NCBI GenBank assembly: GCA_000004985.1
Contig: GG738847.1
Length of the DNA stretch: 64,000 bases
Reading direction: 5' to 3' (one strand)
DNA from: Naegleria gruberi
Lineage: Eukaryota
Shown: one piece after another, positions 22,426 to 32,955 of the stretch
Position numbering within the stretch: position 1 is the stretch's first letter
How the letters are laid out: every line of letters begins with the position of its first letter
Notes under the pieces: model-generated
The model's database searches: none
The model's input: only the letters and a program-made list of their open reading frames with translations
Told to the model about the DNA's origin: nothing
Translations under genes and position numbers: made by a program

Positions 22426-23397
22426 ATGTTTACATCTCTCAACATTTTCACAAGATTTGCAATTGTTCACAAGTTTGCATTGAGGGCAGTTTTAAAGAAT
22501 GAACATTCTGAGAATCACACAACCGAAAAGAAAATGACAATGCTTTTGAATGAATACATACGAAATGTTGAAACAATCAGACAACAGAAGAATAATAAAG
22601 TAAAGAATTTTGTCTATGACGAATTCATGTCAGATACAACAATGAGAAATTCAGGGAAGGTCTTTTCTTTCAGTTCCAATCCTGATGAGAGTGCTCTCTA
22701 TTCAGTGATGAGAGTTGTCTCTGAGAAATCCTCGATGGGAATTGATGAAATGAAACGTAGGTTCTTAAATCCAATTATTCGTCTAAATTTGTTTGAAATT
22801 GAATATTTATTATGAACAGATTTATTACAAATATTTAAGAATGCAAGTTCAGATAAAACAGCTGATGGTCTAATGGACAAAACAAGTTTTTACAATTTCA
22901 TTGATACTTTTGGAATAACATGCTATGTGAAGGAACAATTGTTTAGAGTGTTTGACCAAAACAGAGATGGTTATCTTGATTTGCAGGATTTCTCAATTGG
23001 TTTGAGTATTTATATGAATGGTAAATTTGAAGAAAAGCTAAAATGTAAGTTTACAATATTTGTAATACTCAATTGTGTCTGTTCTCAGTAATTTTCCAAC
23101 TGTTAGATGTTGACAGGAGTTGTAATATTCAAAGAGAAGAAGTTAAAAAAGCATTACGAGTTGTTTTTTCAGCAGGCAAACATAAAATCTCAGATAAGGA
23201 GTGTAAGTCTTATTTATATCATTTTGATTGAAACTAAACTGATGAATCTAGTGGAATGTAAAGTTGAAGCAACCATGAGAACGTGTGATGTTAACGGGGA
23301 TGGTTCAATAGATTTCTTTGAATTTAAATCTGAATTTCAGAAATCCCCACACATGGTCAAACTTTTCAACTATATTTTTGTAAATACTCTTCATTAA
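22426..23397 (+). CDS. EF-hand calcium-binding protein. Four exons: join(22426..22756, 22820..23044, 23089..23202, 23252..23397).
   Basis: Introns are 22757-22819 (63 nt, GTAGGT..CAG), 23045-23088 (44 nt, GTAAGT..CAG) and 23203-23251 (49 nt, GTAAGT..TAG), all phase 1. The spliced product carries three EF-hand loops: DQNRDGYLDLQDF, DVDRSCNIQREEV (in a frame absent from the ORF track) and DVNGDGSIDFFEF. The first exon and start codon (ATG 22426) are the least certain part. Confidence 0.5.
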
Positions 23398-23491
23398 ATT
23401 ATTGTAAATATTGTAAATAATTCAATCATAGGATTCAAGATATATCGGAATTAAAATTGATTGACCAAATTTGATTCTTCAATCAAAAAAA

Positions 23492-24037
23492 ATGGAATCA
23501 CAAAACAACTCGTCATCTTCCTCACTCAAACAACCAACTCCTTCAAATCGGAATGAATCAAGAGAATCAAAAAGAAGAATAGAATTTGAATCAGCTGAGG
23601 ATATTAGCAATTTCTATCTGAAAAAGACAGCTTTTCAATTGAATGATATTTTGAAATGTGTGGAAGATACTCACTCCCGATATGAATGCAAAGAACAAAT
23701 CCAAGCTCTCTCAATGAATTTGTATAACTATCGATCAGAAGTGAGCAAATTTGTTGAGAAATCATCACTGCTTACCAATCCGAATAATTTACTCTTTCCA
23801 CCTCAAATATTTTCACCTCCAACAATTGTATATAGAGAATATAAAGGCGATTCCAATAGTCCTGAATCCATTCATACAAGATTTAAATCATTTAGTGACA
23901 ATCGTACTATGAATAATTCAGCTTATAATCCTCATGATGAAAATACACCTTTGAATATGTTTCAATCAGTTGCTGATGGTGTAATCAGAGTTGGAAGTTC
24001 ACTGATTAGAAAAATTATTGGAAGAGGTGAGGATTGA
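23492..24037 (+). CDS. Hypothetical protein (181 aa; MESQNNSSSSSLKQPTPSN..)
   Basis: The first ATG is at 23492; the ORF-track start at 23471 is TTG. No domain recognised. Confidence 0.35.
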   Translation: MESQNNSSSSSLKQPTPSNRNESRESKRRIEFESAEDISNFYLKKTAFQLNDILKCVEDTHSRYECKEQIQALSMNLYNYRSEVSKFVEKSSLLTNPNNLLFPPQIFSPPTIVYREYKGDSNSPESIHTRFKSFSDNRTMNNSAYNPHDENTPLNMFQSVADGVIRVGSSLIRKIIGRGED

Positions 24038-24318
24038 TTTTTTAGCTCTCTGCTTAATTGTCTCACCTCCATCATTTTCAATACTGATGTAATTTTATAA
24101 ATATTAATAAAGCATCACATCAACATTTTGAAATAATTGATTTAGAAGAATGGGTTTATTGAGGTCGGGTTCATCACAAGATTTGTTTAATAATATGAAC
24201 AACAAAAATTCTTACTTGCTCTAACTTCTTTGTGTGACACAAACAAAAACGGAACCAATCTAAAAATAAATAATATTTAAATCTGATTACGAGTTCAAAG
24301 AATACTTTAATTAAAAAA

Positions 24319-25609
24319 ATGCAAATCACCTTCAAGACAGTCCTCAAGAGACAATTTACTCTCGAAGCAAATCCAACAGATACGGTACGTGTTATTTGAT
24401 GAAGGCTTTGAGATTAGACTAACAACATTGTATTTTCTTTTTAATCCATCATCTCTACACCAATATCATTTGTTATACATTATATTTTGAACCAATCAAT
24501 ATCTAAACAATAATTAGATCAAAGTATTGAAACAATCTGTTGAAGATGCCACAGAATACAGTTCTAATGGAATGAAATTAATTTATGGAGGAAAGGAATT
24601 AGCTGATGAACAATCCATTGAATCAGCCAATATTCAATCCAATGTTGCTGTCATTGTCGTTGCCAAGAAGAAGCAACTTGCTGCTCAAGTTAAGAAGAAG
24701 GAAGAAGAAACAACACCACAACCAACCACTACTGAACAACCAAGTTCCGAATCTACTCCAGCCACTACTACTACCACTACTCCTTCAACAACTACTCCAG
24801 TCACTACAACCACTACTACTCCTTCCACCACTCCTACTACTGCTACAACAACAACTACAACAACAGAACAACAAAATATCCCAGGTGGTCCTGGATCTCC
24901 GGAATATGATGAAACAGTGCAACAATTTTTGGAAATGGGCTATGATAGAAATGATATTGATGAGTGTATGAAGGCTTCATTCTATGATAGAGCTACTGCT
25001 GCTGAATTCCTCATTTCTGGTATTCCTGAAAATGTCAAGCAAATGATGCAAGAAAATGGTGGTAATTTACCTACTCCACCACAAGGAGGTAGTCTTGCCT
25101 CTGCTCTTGCTGGAAATCAACAAGGATTCAGCTTGCGTGATTTGTTCACCCTTTCACCACAACTTAACAATTTGAGAAATGCTATCAGACAAAATCCAAC
25201 TTTGTTACGTGAATTCTTGACACACGTATCACAAGTTAGTCCGGAATTGTACCAAATCATTCAATCTAATCCTCGTGAATTTTTGGAAATTATTAATGAA
25301 ACTGGTCCAGTTACTGGAACTACTGGAACTCAACCACAAACTACTCCAACTACTACTACTGGAGGTGAACATCCACCATCTGGTGAGGAACTTCAACAAC
25401 AAGCACCACCAGGAACAATTTTCATTTCTCAAGATGATGAACGAAAGATTAACGAACTTGTTGGTTTAGGATTTACAAAGAATGAAGCCATTCAAGCCTA
25501 TTTGGCCTGTGATAAGAATCAAGAAATGGCTGCTAACTTGCTCTTTGAAAATCGTGATCGTGGTTTTGAGGATGACAGTGATGATGAGCAAGGAATGCAC
25601 GATGAATAA
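24319..25609 (+). CDS. rad23: UV excision repair protein RAD23 (UBL, UBA1, XPC-binding, UBA2). Two exons: join(24319..24384, 24518..25609).
   Basis: Exon 1 (MQITFKTVLKRQFTLEANPTDT) is the start of the ubiquitin-like domain. It has a GTACGT donor at 24385; the intron is 133 nt with acceptor TTAG|ATC at 24517. Exon 2 continues the UBL (IKVLKQSVEDATEYSSNGMKLIYGGKEL..) and then a Thr/Pro-rich linker. After that come UBA1 (EYDETVQQFLEMGYDRNDIDECMKA), the XPC-binding domain (..LRNAIRQNPTLLREFLTHVSQVSPELYQIIQSNPREFLEII) and UBA2 (DERKINELVGLGFTKNEAIQAYLACDKNQEMAANLLF). Confidence 0.85.
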
Positions 25610-25630
25610 ATTTTCTCTATAACTTGTATT

Positions 25631-26941
25631 TTATTTAACAATGACCATTTCAATATTTTCAGCAGACCGTATTTTAACTTTCTTTTTTTTTGATCCTACA
25701 GAGAGGAAATCTTCATCTGATTTCTTATTGACTTGCAATTTAACTTGGCTTCTTTTCTTTTGTTCTTGCCATTTGAGGTGAGGTTTGGATTGGGCTGAAA
25801 CTTCTTTGTCGTCTGGTGTTAGCACTGTAATTTGAACTCCTGAATCATTTTTTTCTTCTGGAGCTATGGGTTTTCTCCTCTTTTTCTTATTCGAAAGAGG
25901 ATTTAATACTAGGAGATTGTTATCTGCAGCAGGCAACGCTTGTTGTTGATTATTTGGATTTTTTTGTACAAGGGTGGATGTTGAGGATTCAGATTCTAAC
26001 AATTTGCTATTAATTTCTTGTCTGTGGTTAGTTCCATTAATAACAACGTTTGAGGTTGTCAAAGTGGGTTGTTGACTTACTTTAGATTCTTCTCTTCTAT
26101 TGGAAGATGATGATGAATTGTCAAATTTAGAGAACTCTAAGTTGGTTCGACTCTTAGACCTACCACTCTCTCCACTATCAGCTTGATTGAGTCCAGTTCT
26201 TGAGCTAGATCTGTTCATTGAAGATGATTGATCAAGACCATTACGAGAGCTTGAACGGTTCATTCCATTGGACTTTCTTTTCGATTCTTCTTTCGAAGCC
26301 TTCGCCTTTTTCATTTGATCCTTAATGATTGAATCCTTATCATCCCTAGGCCCCTTTCTCGTTGATGATGCAACTTTCATTTTGGCTGCAGGCATTCTAT
26401 GTAGAATTTCCTCGTGAGACTTTCCCAATGAGGAGCTCATCAAGATTTGTTTGTAAGCATCTTCTATACTCAAACCGTCCGTAGTTATACTGGCTGGTTT
26501 TTCAATTCCAACTGGAATGTCCAATTGTTTTATACTTGTGGCTGGGACAAGCTCTGATTTTGCCCTTCTTCGACTGATTCGACTATTCATGGAACTCATC
26601 GAGCATGTTTCATCATCTTGATTAGGTTGATCATCATCGTGTGCCAGGGAATGATTACTCCTCAGCTCATCTTCCAATTGTTTAATAGTTGAATCTAGGT
26701 GTTGACTATATCTTCGAGCAGAGAGTCTGAGAGAGGTTGGTGGGCCGTTTTCATCCTTCGGTGTCTCTTCTTGTTTCTTACTTGATGTTGCTGCACTATT
26801 CTTCTTCTTTGATGATGATTTGCTTAATTGTTTGGGCTCAGAGGCAGAGCGTCCTTTTCTGCCATGATCGTAGGAATCTGATAATGACATGGGATTATCA
26901 TCATGGGATGCTTTTTGAGAACGAGAAATAATTCCTCCCAT
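25631..26941 (-). CDS. Ser-rich low-complexity protein with an N-myristoylation-type N-terminus (MGGIISRSQ..), 436 aa
   Basis: ATG at 26941-26939. The N-terminus is MGxxxS, consensus for N-myristoyltransferase (Gly2, Ser6). The remainder is S/K/N-rich without a recognisable domain. Confidence 0.5.
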   Translation of the reverse strand: MGGIISRSQKASHDDNPMSLSDSYDHGRKGRSASEPKQLSKSSSKKKNSAATSSKKQEETPKDENGPPTSLRLSARRYSQHLDSTIKQLEDELRSNHSLAHDDDQPNQDDETCSMSSMNSRISRRRAKSELVPATSIKQLDIPVGIEKPASITTDGLSIEDAYKQILMSSSLGKSHEEILHRMPAAKMKVASSTRKGPRDDKDSIIKDQMKKAKASKEESKRKSNGMNRSSSRNGLDQSSSMNRSSSRTGLNQADSGESGRSKSRTNLEFSKFDNSSSSSNRREESKVSQQPTLTTSNVVINGTNHRQEINSKLLESESSTSTLVQKNPNNQQQALPAADNNLLVLNPLSNKKKRRKPIAPEEKNDSGVQITVLTPDDKEVSAQSKPHLKWQEQKKRSQVKLQVNKKSDEDFLSVGSKKKKVKIRSAENIEMVIVK

Positions 26942-27631
26942 GATTGGTTGTTAGTTTTGTGGTGATGGGGTGTGCTTATTTGTTGTTGGAATAAGATGGA
27001 TTATTTAAATAATTTAGGGAAGGGTGATGATGATGTTATTATTGCTGTTGTGATTAATTATTGAGGCTCCTGCATACGACGAAATCGCTCATGTAGCAAA
27101 TAATTTGATGGTGGTGCTGATAGCAATTCTCAGGGGGTGTGTGGTTGTTATCTGTCTATTGCGTTCTTCACTATATCCAATTACCGTAGATTCTTTCTCT
27201 GGAGAGAATGAGAAGTTACCTGTAGGTCCTTTTTATTCAAAAACTGGTTCGTCATGTTCTGTCAAACTGTTCACAATGAGGTTTTCTCTCTCCCATGTAT
27301 TTGTTTGATGAGAGAGATACTGGTGTACTATCGGCTTATGTAACGACTGCTATCTTGATTGATTGTGTTGTTGTAGATCAGACCAAATAAAGTTGTTAAA
27401 GGATCTCTTGATCACCTTATTAGTGAGATAAGGAGGATACGCATTTGGGGTCAGAATCAAAGAGCTTTTGAATGGTAAATCAAAAGGATCATTATTGGAA
27501 ATAATTAAGGTCAAACTCAGATCGCCAATTCATCTTATATTGGTACAATACCATCAAATAATAAATTATTCAAATCATTGATGATTGTGTTGATTTATTA
27601 TTAGAACTTTCAAATTAAGATTTTAAAAACA

Positions 27632-27985
27632 ATGAAAAAAACAGCATCAAATCGATCTTCTCATAATAATAGCAGAAGAGAACTATTTCAGGGAGTGGAA
27701 AACTATGAATCGGAAATTGCTCTCCATCGTGACCAACAGGATGAAACCACCAAAATGAAGTTGGATTTAAATAAGGGCCTTGATGAAGCATTGTCTAAAT
27801 TGGATTTAATGAGGGAATTGGTTGTCGACATGAAGGAGGATCTTAATGAACAAGAGAAACAAATTGAGGAGGCAGAACGAGAAGTACATATGAATGTGGA
27901 AAAAGTGGCTAAAGCAAACAAACAAGTGGAGAAGGAAACAAGTGGTACCTGGTTTACATCATGGCTTAATAAATTCTTTGAATAA
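27632..27985 (+). CDS. Small coiled-coil protein (117 aa), unknown function
   Basis: ATG at 27632; TAA stop. Central heptad-like region ..LDLNKGLDEALSKLDLMRELVVDMKEDLNEQEKQIEEAEREVHMNVEKVAKANKQVE.. Confidence 0.4.
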   Translation: MKKTASNRSSHNNSRRELFQGVENYESEIALHRDQQDETTKMKLDLNKGLDEALSKLDLMRELVVDMKEDLNEQEKQIEEAEREVHMNVEKVAKANKQVEKETSGTWFTSWLNKFFE

Positions 27986-27999
27986 ATTGTAAATATTTA

Positions 28000-29397
28000 T
28001 TACATTCTACGCTTATTTGAACTGGATCCAGCTTGAGTACTAAAATTAAAACCAGTACCAGTATTTGCCGTATTGGTGGTTGGTGTTCCAAATGCAAAAC
28101 CTGTGGTGGTTGTTCCTGTTGTGGCAGTATTGGTGAGTCCAAATCCTGTATTTGTTGTTCCCAAGTTAAATCCACTTGTATTAGTGGTAGGTTGAGTTGT
28201 GGTAGAGGTGGTTGGTTGAGTTGTTGGAATATTGAGACCAGGCAGAGAGGAAGAATTCGAAAGTTTTGAATAATTATAAGATGGTTTGGATGTCTTGGAT
28301 GGTTCTTTGAAAGGATCACCTCTAATTTGATAGGTACGAATATATTCATCTCTCAACTCATTAGCCTTTTCATGCAACACAGATAACCTAGCAGCAGCAT
28401 TGAAAAAAGCTTGTTGTTGTGAAACAATTGTTCCTTGAAGTAATTGACCAAATGGTAATTGATAAGCCTCACTGTGTGAAAGAGTTTGAGCGACATCTTC
28501 AATTTGCTTCCAAATTTCTTGCATTCTTTGTTCCAATTTTTGAGCTGTATTGATGAAATAGGTCGATGAATAGTTTGGATCAGTGTTGGTGTAGGCTGAT
28601 CTGAGCTTGTTAAAATTATTTTGAGCTTGTTCTGCATTCTTTGATTCGACCAATACATCATGTTTAATTCTTTCCACATTATCCTTTGCTCGTGTGATAT
28701 TTACTTTAGATGTATTAATTTTCTTTTCAACTCTTTCAATTTGTCTCTTTAACTTGTTCAAATCGCTCGAATTTTCTTGTTGTTTAACAATATCCATAGC
28801 ATTTCTTTTAGTTTCGGTCTTTTCCTTTTCAAATTGTTCCCATTGTTTTTTCATTTGGTCTGGAAGTTTTTGGAATTGTGTTTTTGGAGTGATTGGTTGT
28901 TGTGGTGTGACTGTAGCATTTGTTGTAGTATTATTATTTGTGGTGGTGAGATTGGTAGTATTTGTTGTTGGGGCTGTTGATCCTCCAAAATTAAATCCAG
29001 TTGTAGGAGCTGTTGTTGTGGTATTAGTTGTTGTTCCTGTGGCACCAGTAGTTGTAGGGGCTGTTGTTGTACCACCAAAATTAAAACCTGCTCCTGTTGT
29101 TGGCTGTGTTGTGGTGGTTCCTCCAGTAGTAGAAGGGGTTCCGAATGAAAATCCTCCAGTTCCACCAGTTGTTGTTGTGGCTGTAGTCCCTGTTGTTGTA
29201 GGGTTTGTTGTACCACCAAAATTAAATCCACCAGTAGTTCCACCAGTTGTTGTTGTGGCTGGTTGTGTAGTATTTGCTCCAAAAGAAAATCCTCCTCCTC
29301 CTCCTGTGGTGCCACCAGTAGTTGTTGCAGTTGTTGTTGAAGCAGGTTGTGTAGTTGCACCACCACCTCCACCAAAATTAAAGGTAAAACCTGACAT
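28000..29397 (-). CDS. FG-repeat nucleoporin (Nup58/Nup49-like: FG repeats at both ends flank a central coiled-coil), 465 aa
   Basis: ATG at 29397-29395 (MSGFTFNFGG..); the ORF-track start at 29445 is TTG. The N-terminal ~190 aa have GFNFG/GFSFG repeats in a T/G-rich background. The central ~200 aa are a helical Nsp1-C/Nup58-like region. The C-terminal ~60 aa have GFNLG/GFAFG/GFNFS repeats. TAA stop at 28002-28000. Confidence 0.65.
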   Translation of the reverse strand: MSGFTFNFGGGGGATTQPASTTTATTTGGTTGGGGGFSFGANTTQPATTTTGGTTGGFNFGGTTNPTTTGTTATTTTGGTGGFSFGTPSTTGGTTTTQPTTGAGFNFGGTTTAPTTTGATGTTTNTTTTAPTTGFNFGGSTAPTTNTTNLTTTNNNTTTNATVTPQQPITPKTQFQKLPDQMKKQWEQFEKEKTETKRNAMDIVKQQENSSDLNKLKRQIERVEKKINTSKVNITRAKDNVERIKHDVLVESKNAEQAQNNFNKLRSAYTNTDPNYSSTYFINTAQKLEQRMQEIWKQIEDVAQTLSHSEAYQLPFGQLLQGTIVSQQQAFFNAAARLSVLHEKANELRDEYIRTYQIRGDPFKEPSKTSKPSYNYSKLSNSSSLPGLNIPTTQPTTSTTTQPTTNTSGFNLGTTNTGFGLTNTATTGTTTTGFAFGTPTTNTANTGTGFNFSTQAGSSSNKRRM

Positions 29398-29600
29398 TTT
29401 TTTTGATTCGACTAATTGAAATTCTCGTGGAGGGAATTTTATCAAAATTAAAAGGGAGTGTACTCACTGATAATAAGTGTTGTTCCTGTATCATTCCTTG
29501 ATGTGATGATAGATTGCTAATTATTAACTATTAAAAATTATTATTGCAAAGAAAAGTAGAATTAAATTTTGATTTTGAAGAAAATAAATTTAGAAAAAAA

Positions 29601-30774
29601 ATGTTAGAAGAAAAGAATTCATGTTGCTCGGAGGAAGATTGTGCCGAATGCAGGGAGGAGGATGAAGAGGAAAATATTGAACCTTATTTATTGATGGATG
29701 AAGTGAATCAATGTTCTATTTCAAATTGGTATTATTTATATGATGGAAAGACAAATCCACAAATTACACCAAAGAGAATTACAATTCTTTCGAAATTAAT
29801 TTATTTAAATGATGATTTTATTGAATATTTGAAACATGATGGTGTGGTGTTACCGGAATCGATTGATAACATTCAAAAAGTTCCAAATTTTGACAGTGAC
29901 AGCGATGAAGAGGAGGAGAAGTATAAGGAAGTACAAGAAAAGAATGAACAAGATTCGGATGAGGATGATTATCAAGTTCCTGAATTTACGTCTTTACAAA
30001 TGGAAATTGCAAGTGCAATTGAGGAGTATGAAGAAGTTTTCCCTAAAATGAATTGGAGCGCACCAAAAGATGCTCAATGGATGCTCAGTGATTCCAAATT
30101 ACTGAGATGTCAAACAGTTTCTGATGTTTTCCTCGTTTTGAAGAGTTCTTCTTTCGTTACACATGACGTTCAGCAAGCTTACAACAATTGCACTGATTAC
30201 ACCCCTGAAAAGGAGGTCAGAAGAGTATTGGCTTTGAGAAAATGGTATGATGTTAATCCTTCCATGGAATTCAGATGTTTTGTAAAGAATAGAAATTTGA
30301 TTGGTATTTCACAGAGAGATATTTCAAACTTTTACAGCTTCTTGGTTTCAGACAAGGATATGTATAGAGAAAAATTAGTTGGATTTTGGGAAAAGTTTAT
30401 CAAGAATTCATTCCCACTTGAGAATTGTAAGTTACATTATTCGAATATCATTATTAGAATATGCTGCTGATTGAATAATATATTTAACAGATACTGTTGA
30501 TTTATATATTAGTAGAACTGGACCAGTTTTCATTGTCGATTTCAATGTTTATGGCCCTCCAACTAGTCCACTTTTATTTGCCTCTTTCAAGAAGGGTCAT
30601 TTGGCTTCTGATTCTACTGAATTAGAATTTAGAATTATTGAAACAGATGCAGGTGTAATGAGACCTAGTTTCAAGATGTACACTGGTGTTCCAATGGATT
30701 TCTTCTCTGTCGAAAATGCTCAATCCATGCAAGACTTTATTGAAAAGCAACAAAAGTTCCAATCAAACGAATAA
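29601..30774 (+). CDS. cdc123: Cell division cycle protein 123 (CDC123/D123). Two exons: join(29601..30426, 30491..30774).
   Basis: Exon 1 has the CDC123 hallmarks (..NQCSISNWYYLY.., ..VFPKMNWSAPKDAQWM.., ..EFRCFVKNRNLIGISQRD..) and ends in phase 1 at T|GTAAGT. The intron is 30427-30490 (64 nt, ..TTAACAG|). Exon 2 reads ..YTVDLYISRTGPVFIVDFNVYGPPTSPLLFASFKKGHL.. to a TAA stop at 30772-30774. ATG at 29601 (first ATG; the ORF-track start at 29544 is TTG). Confidence 0.75.
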
Positions 30775-30859
30775 ATTTCTACGTTTTCATCGACAACTCA
30801 GATGAGCCAATACGTGTTTTCATCAATTATTACAATTAATTTTTTGATTGTTAAAAAAA

Positions 30860-31276
30860 ATGTCTGAAAACGTTGCTTCACTGTTGGAAAAACTTGTTCA
30901 AAAAGAAGCTGAACAAAAACAAAGAATCAGCAACCTCCGACAAGAATTGGATGATTTGGCGGATACTGAAAAAAACTCTACTAAAATCAAATACTTGCAA
31001 TCACAAATAGAAAAGTGTGAGGAAAAAATTAAGAATTTAAATGTGGATATTTCGAAATATAGATGGGAAAATGCCAAGACTGGTATTTTCAGTCTGGTTG
31101 CACTTTTGGCAATTGTTTTATTGGTTTTAGTGATGGGAGATCAATTAGGTTATTTCTCTTTACCAAAACTTATTGAATCATTATTTGAAACTAAGGAAGT
31201 TGATGTTAATGATCAAATTAGAGAAATGATGAGACAACAAAGAGAGGAATTCGAATATGGAATGAAGAATTATTAA
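30860..31276 (+). CDS. Small coiled-coil protein with one predicted transmembrane helix (138 aa)
   Basis: ATG at 30860 (MSENVASLLEKL..). Coiled-coil N-terminal half followed by the hydrophobic segment GIFSLVALLAIVLLVLVMG. TAA stop. Confidence 0.4.
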   Translation: MSENVASLLEKLVQKEAEQKQRISNLRQELDDLADTEKNSTKIKYLQSQIEKCEEKIKNLNVDISKYRWENAKTGIFSLVALLAIVLLVLVMGDQLGYFSLPKLIESLFETKEVDVNDQIREMMRQQREEFEYGMKNY

Positions 31277-31345
31277 TAATTGAATTTATTTACCAAAATT
31301 TTGAAAAACTATGAGCAAGGAAATTGTAAATATATAAACTCGAAA

Positions 31346-32513
31346 TTAGTATTTTATTATTGCCATGACCTGAGCTTGATTAGATTGAGGATGGAAGGAT
31401 ATGAAGTTGTCACCCACTGATTTGGCAACACTCTCCACATATAAAAGAGCCTTTTTAGCATATTCAATCACATCTGTAAAAACAAACATTGAGTAAGGTT
31501 TTGCATTGGTAAATAATTCTCTGAAAAAGATTCCATCAGCTTGTTTTGTGAGATGTGATGTTTCATTGCAAACATAACTGAAAAGGAAAATATCATAGTG
31601 TTGAACTCTATCTTTGAGAGCTCTATTCAGAGAATTTTCCAATCCTTTTGTCACGTCACATCTGTTGAAATCCAACCTCAAACTATCTTTGGTGAGCTCC
31701 TGTAAACGAGGAAGATAATTTTTCCAATTCTTTTCCAAATCATACAAATCACATGATATTTCACTTCCCTTCTCGAATATTTTGTTCAACATACTTTCTC
31801 TCAAAACCACAAATGCAGCAGAATCATTTCCAGGTCCACCACCAATCGAAGCAACTCTAAGAAATCTCTTTTTCAAGTCAATTTTCTCTATTGTGAATTC
31901 TCTAGGAATAATAACTGGTTGTTGTTTGTGTGTATTTGTTGAAACTTCCTCGTTTGTGTAATATTCATCATGATATACATCTTCCTCATCAGCAGTCTTA
32001 TCCACAATTAACTCATTACAACTCGATGATAATACTAATGAATAGGTCATTAATTCAGAAAATTCACTCGCATTATACTCCTTCTTACTCTTCTTTTTAT
32101 CATTCACCAACTTGTTAAACTTATCCAAAATTGTCTTTTCATTATATTCCTGTTTTTTCCTCAGTGCTGTCACACTCTCCACTCTCCACAATCCACTCAG
32201 TACGTTATACATCAGCAAGGCTCTCTTCTTGAATTTACTATGATAATATTGATAGTGCAAGGCTGTAGAGCTGAATTTAATTCCCTTCGTGTCTGCACTC
32301 GTTGATAAGAGTTTCATTTGTTCGTGGGCAGTTTCCGTCTCTTGAATAGTGAAAGGTTTGCCATCATTTTGTCTGATGACTTCTTCAAGAATACTCACTT
32401 GTGCATTGTCGAACCATTGGGCTATAGGATTTTTCAAATTTTGATATTTAATGGTTCATCATCGGAATGTGAAAATACATACTTGATGATTTGGTATTCT
32501 TTTGTTTAGACAT
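31346..32513 (-). CDS. Putative SAM-dependent methyltransferase-like protein. Two exons: join(32513..32483, 32421..31346).
   Basis: The long ORF (31346-32437) has no in-frame ATG near its 5' end. A 31-nt first exon (ATG 32513-32511; MSKQKNTKSS) with a GTATGT donor at 32482 is followed by a 61-nt intron ending TATAG at 32422. This joins in phase 1 to ..TQWFDNAQVSILEEV... A Rossmann-like glycine motif, LRVASIGGGPGNDSAAF, suggests a class I methyltransferase fold. The family call is tentative. Confidence 0.45.
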
Positions 32514-32729
32514 TTTTTTTAATAAGAATAATTGAAACAAAGTTTTGTAAAGGAACAAAAGGCAAAAGACTACAGCACCACAGGTTCCCAAGTAATGATG
32601 TGGCTCGATGTTGCTCAATTTCTCGTGTGGTGAAAGAAGCCTTAATTTATGAATTATATCTTAGAAAGAAGAGAAATTAGTACTAATGTTATCACATTAA
32701 GTAATCATAACTTATTATGTAAGCAAGAA

Positions 32730-32802
32730 GCCGACATAGCTCAGTTGGGAGAGCGTAAGACTGAAGATCTTAAGGTCCCTGGTTCGATCCCTGGTGTCGG
32801 CA
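32730..32802 (+). tRNA. tRNA-Phe (anticodon GAA), 73 nt; CCA not encoded
   Basis: GCCGACATAGCTCAGTTGGGAGAGCGTAAGACTGAAGATCTTAAGGTCCCTGGTTCGATCCCTGGTGTCGGCA. It has a 7-bp acceptor stem (GCCGACA/UGUCGGC), D-loop AGTTGGGA, anticodon loop CTGAAGA, T-arm GGTTCGATCC and discriminator A. It is closely similar to canonical eukaryotic tRNA-Phe and is followed by a T6 run. Confidence 0.95.
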
Positions 32803-32804
32803 AA

Positions 32805-32810
32805 TTTTTT
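32805..32810 (+). terminator. Pol III terminator (T6 run) immediately downstream of tRNA-Phe
   Basis: TTTTTT begins 3 nt after the tRNA discriminator base. Confidence 0.6.
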
Positions 32811-32955
32811 CTTTATGTATTTCATGATAACTAAAGTGTTTTAATTACATTATCATCGAAAGTTTCAAAATAGAAGGTTGTGAAATAGTTAAATTTATTT
32901 TGTTATTAATATTTCTCACTTATTACTAAGAGTGTGAGCAAATGCCAAAATTAAT

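Noticed and set aside
27105-27308. 67-aa ORF (MMVVLIAILRGCVVVICLLRSS..) in the divergent spacer 26942-27631
   Set aside because: It is short and hydrophobic, with low-complexity codon usage unlike neighbouring genes, and is probably a chance ORF in a less AT-rich spacer.
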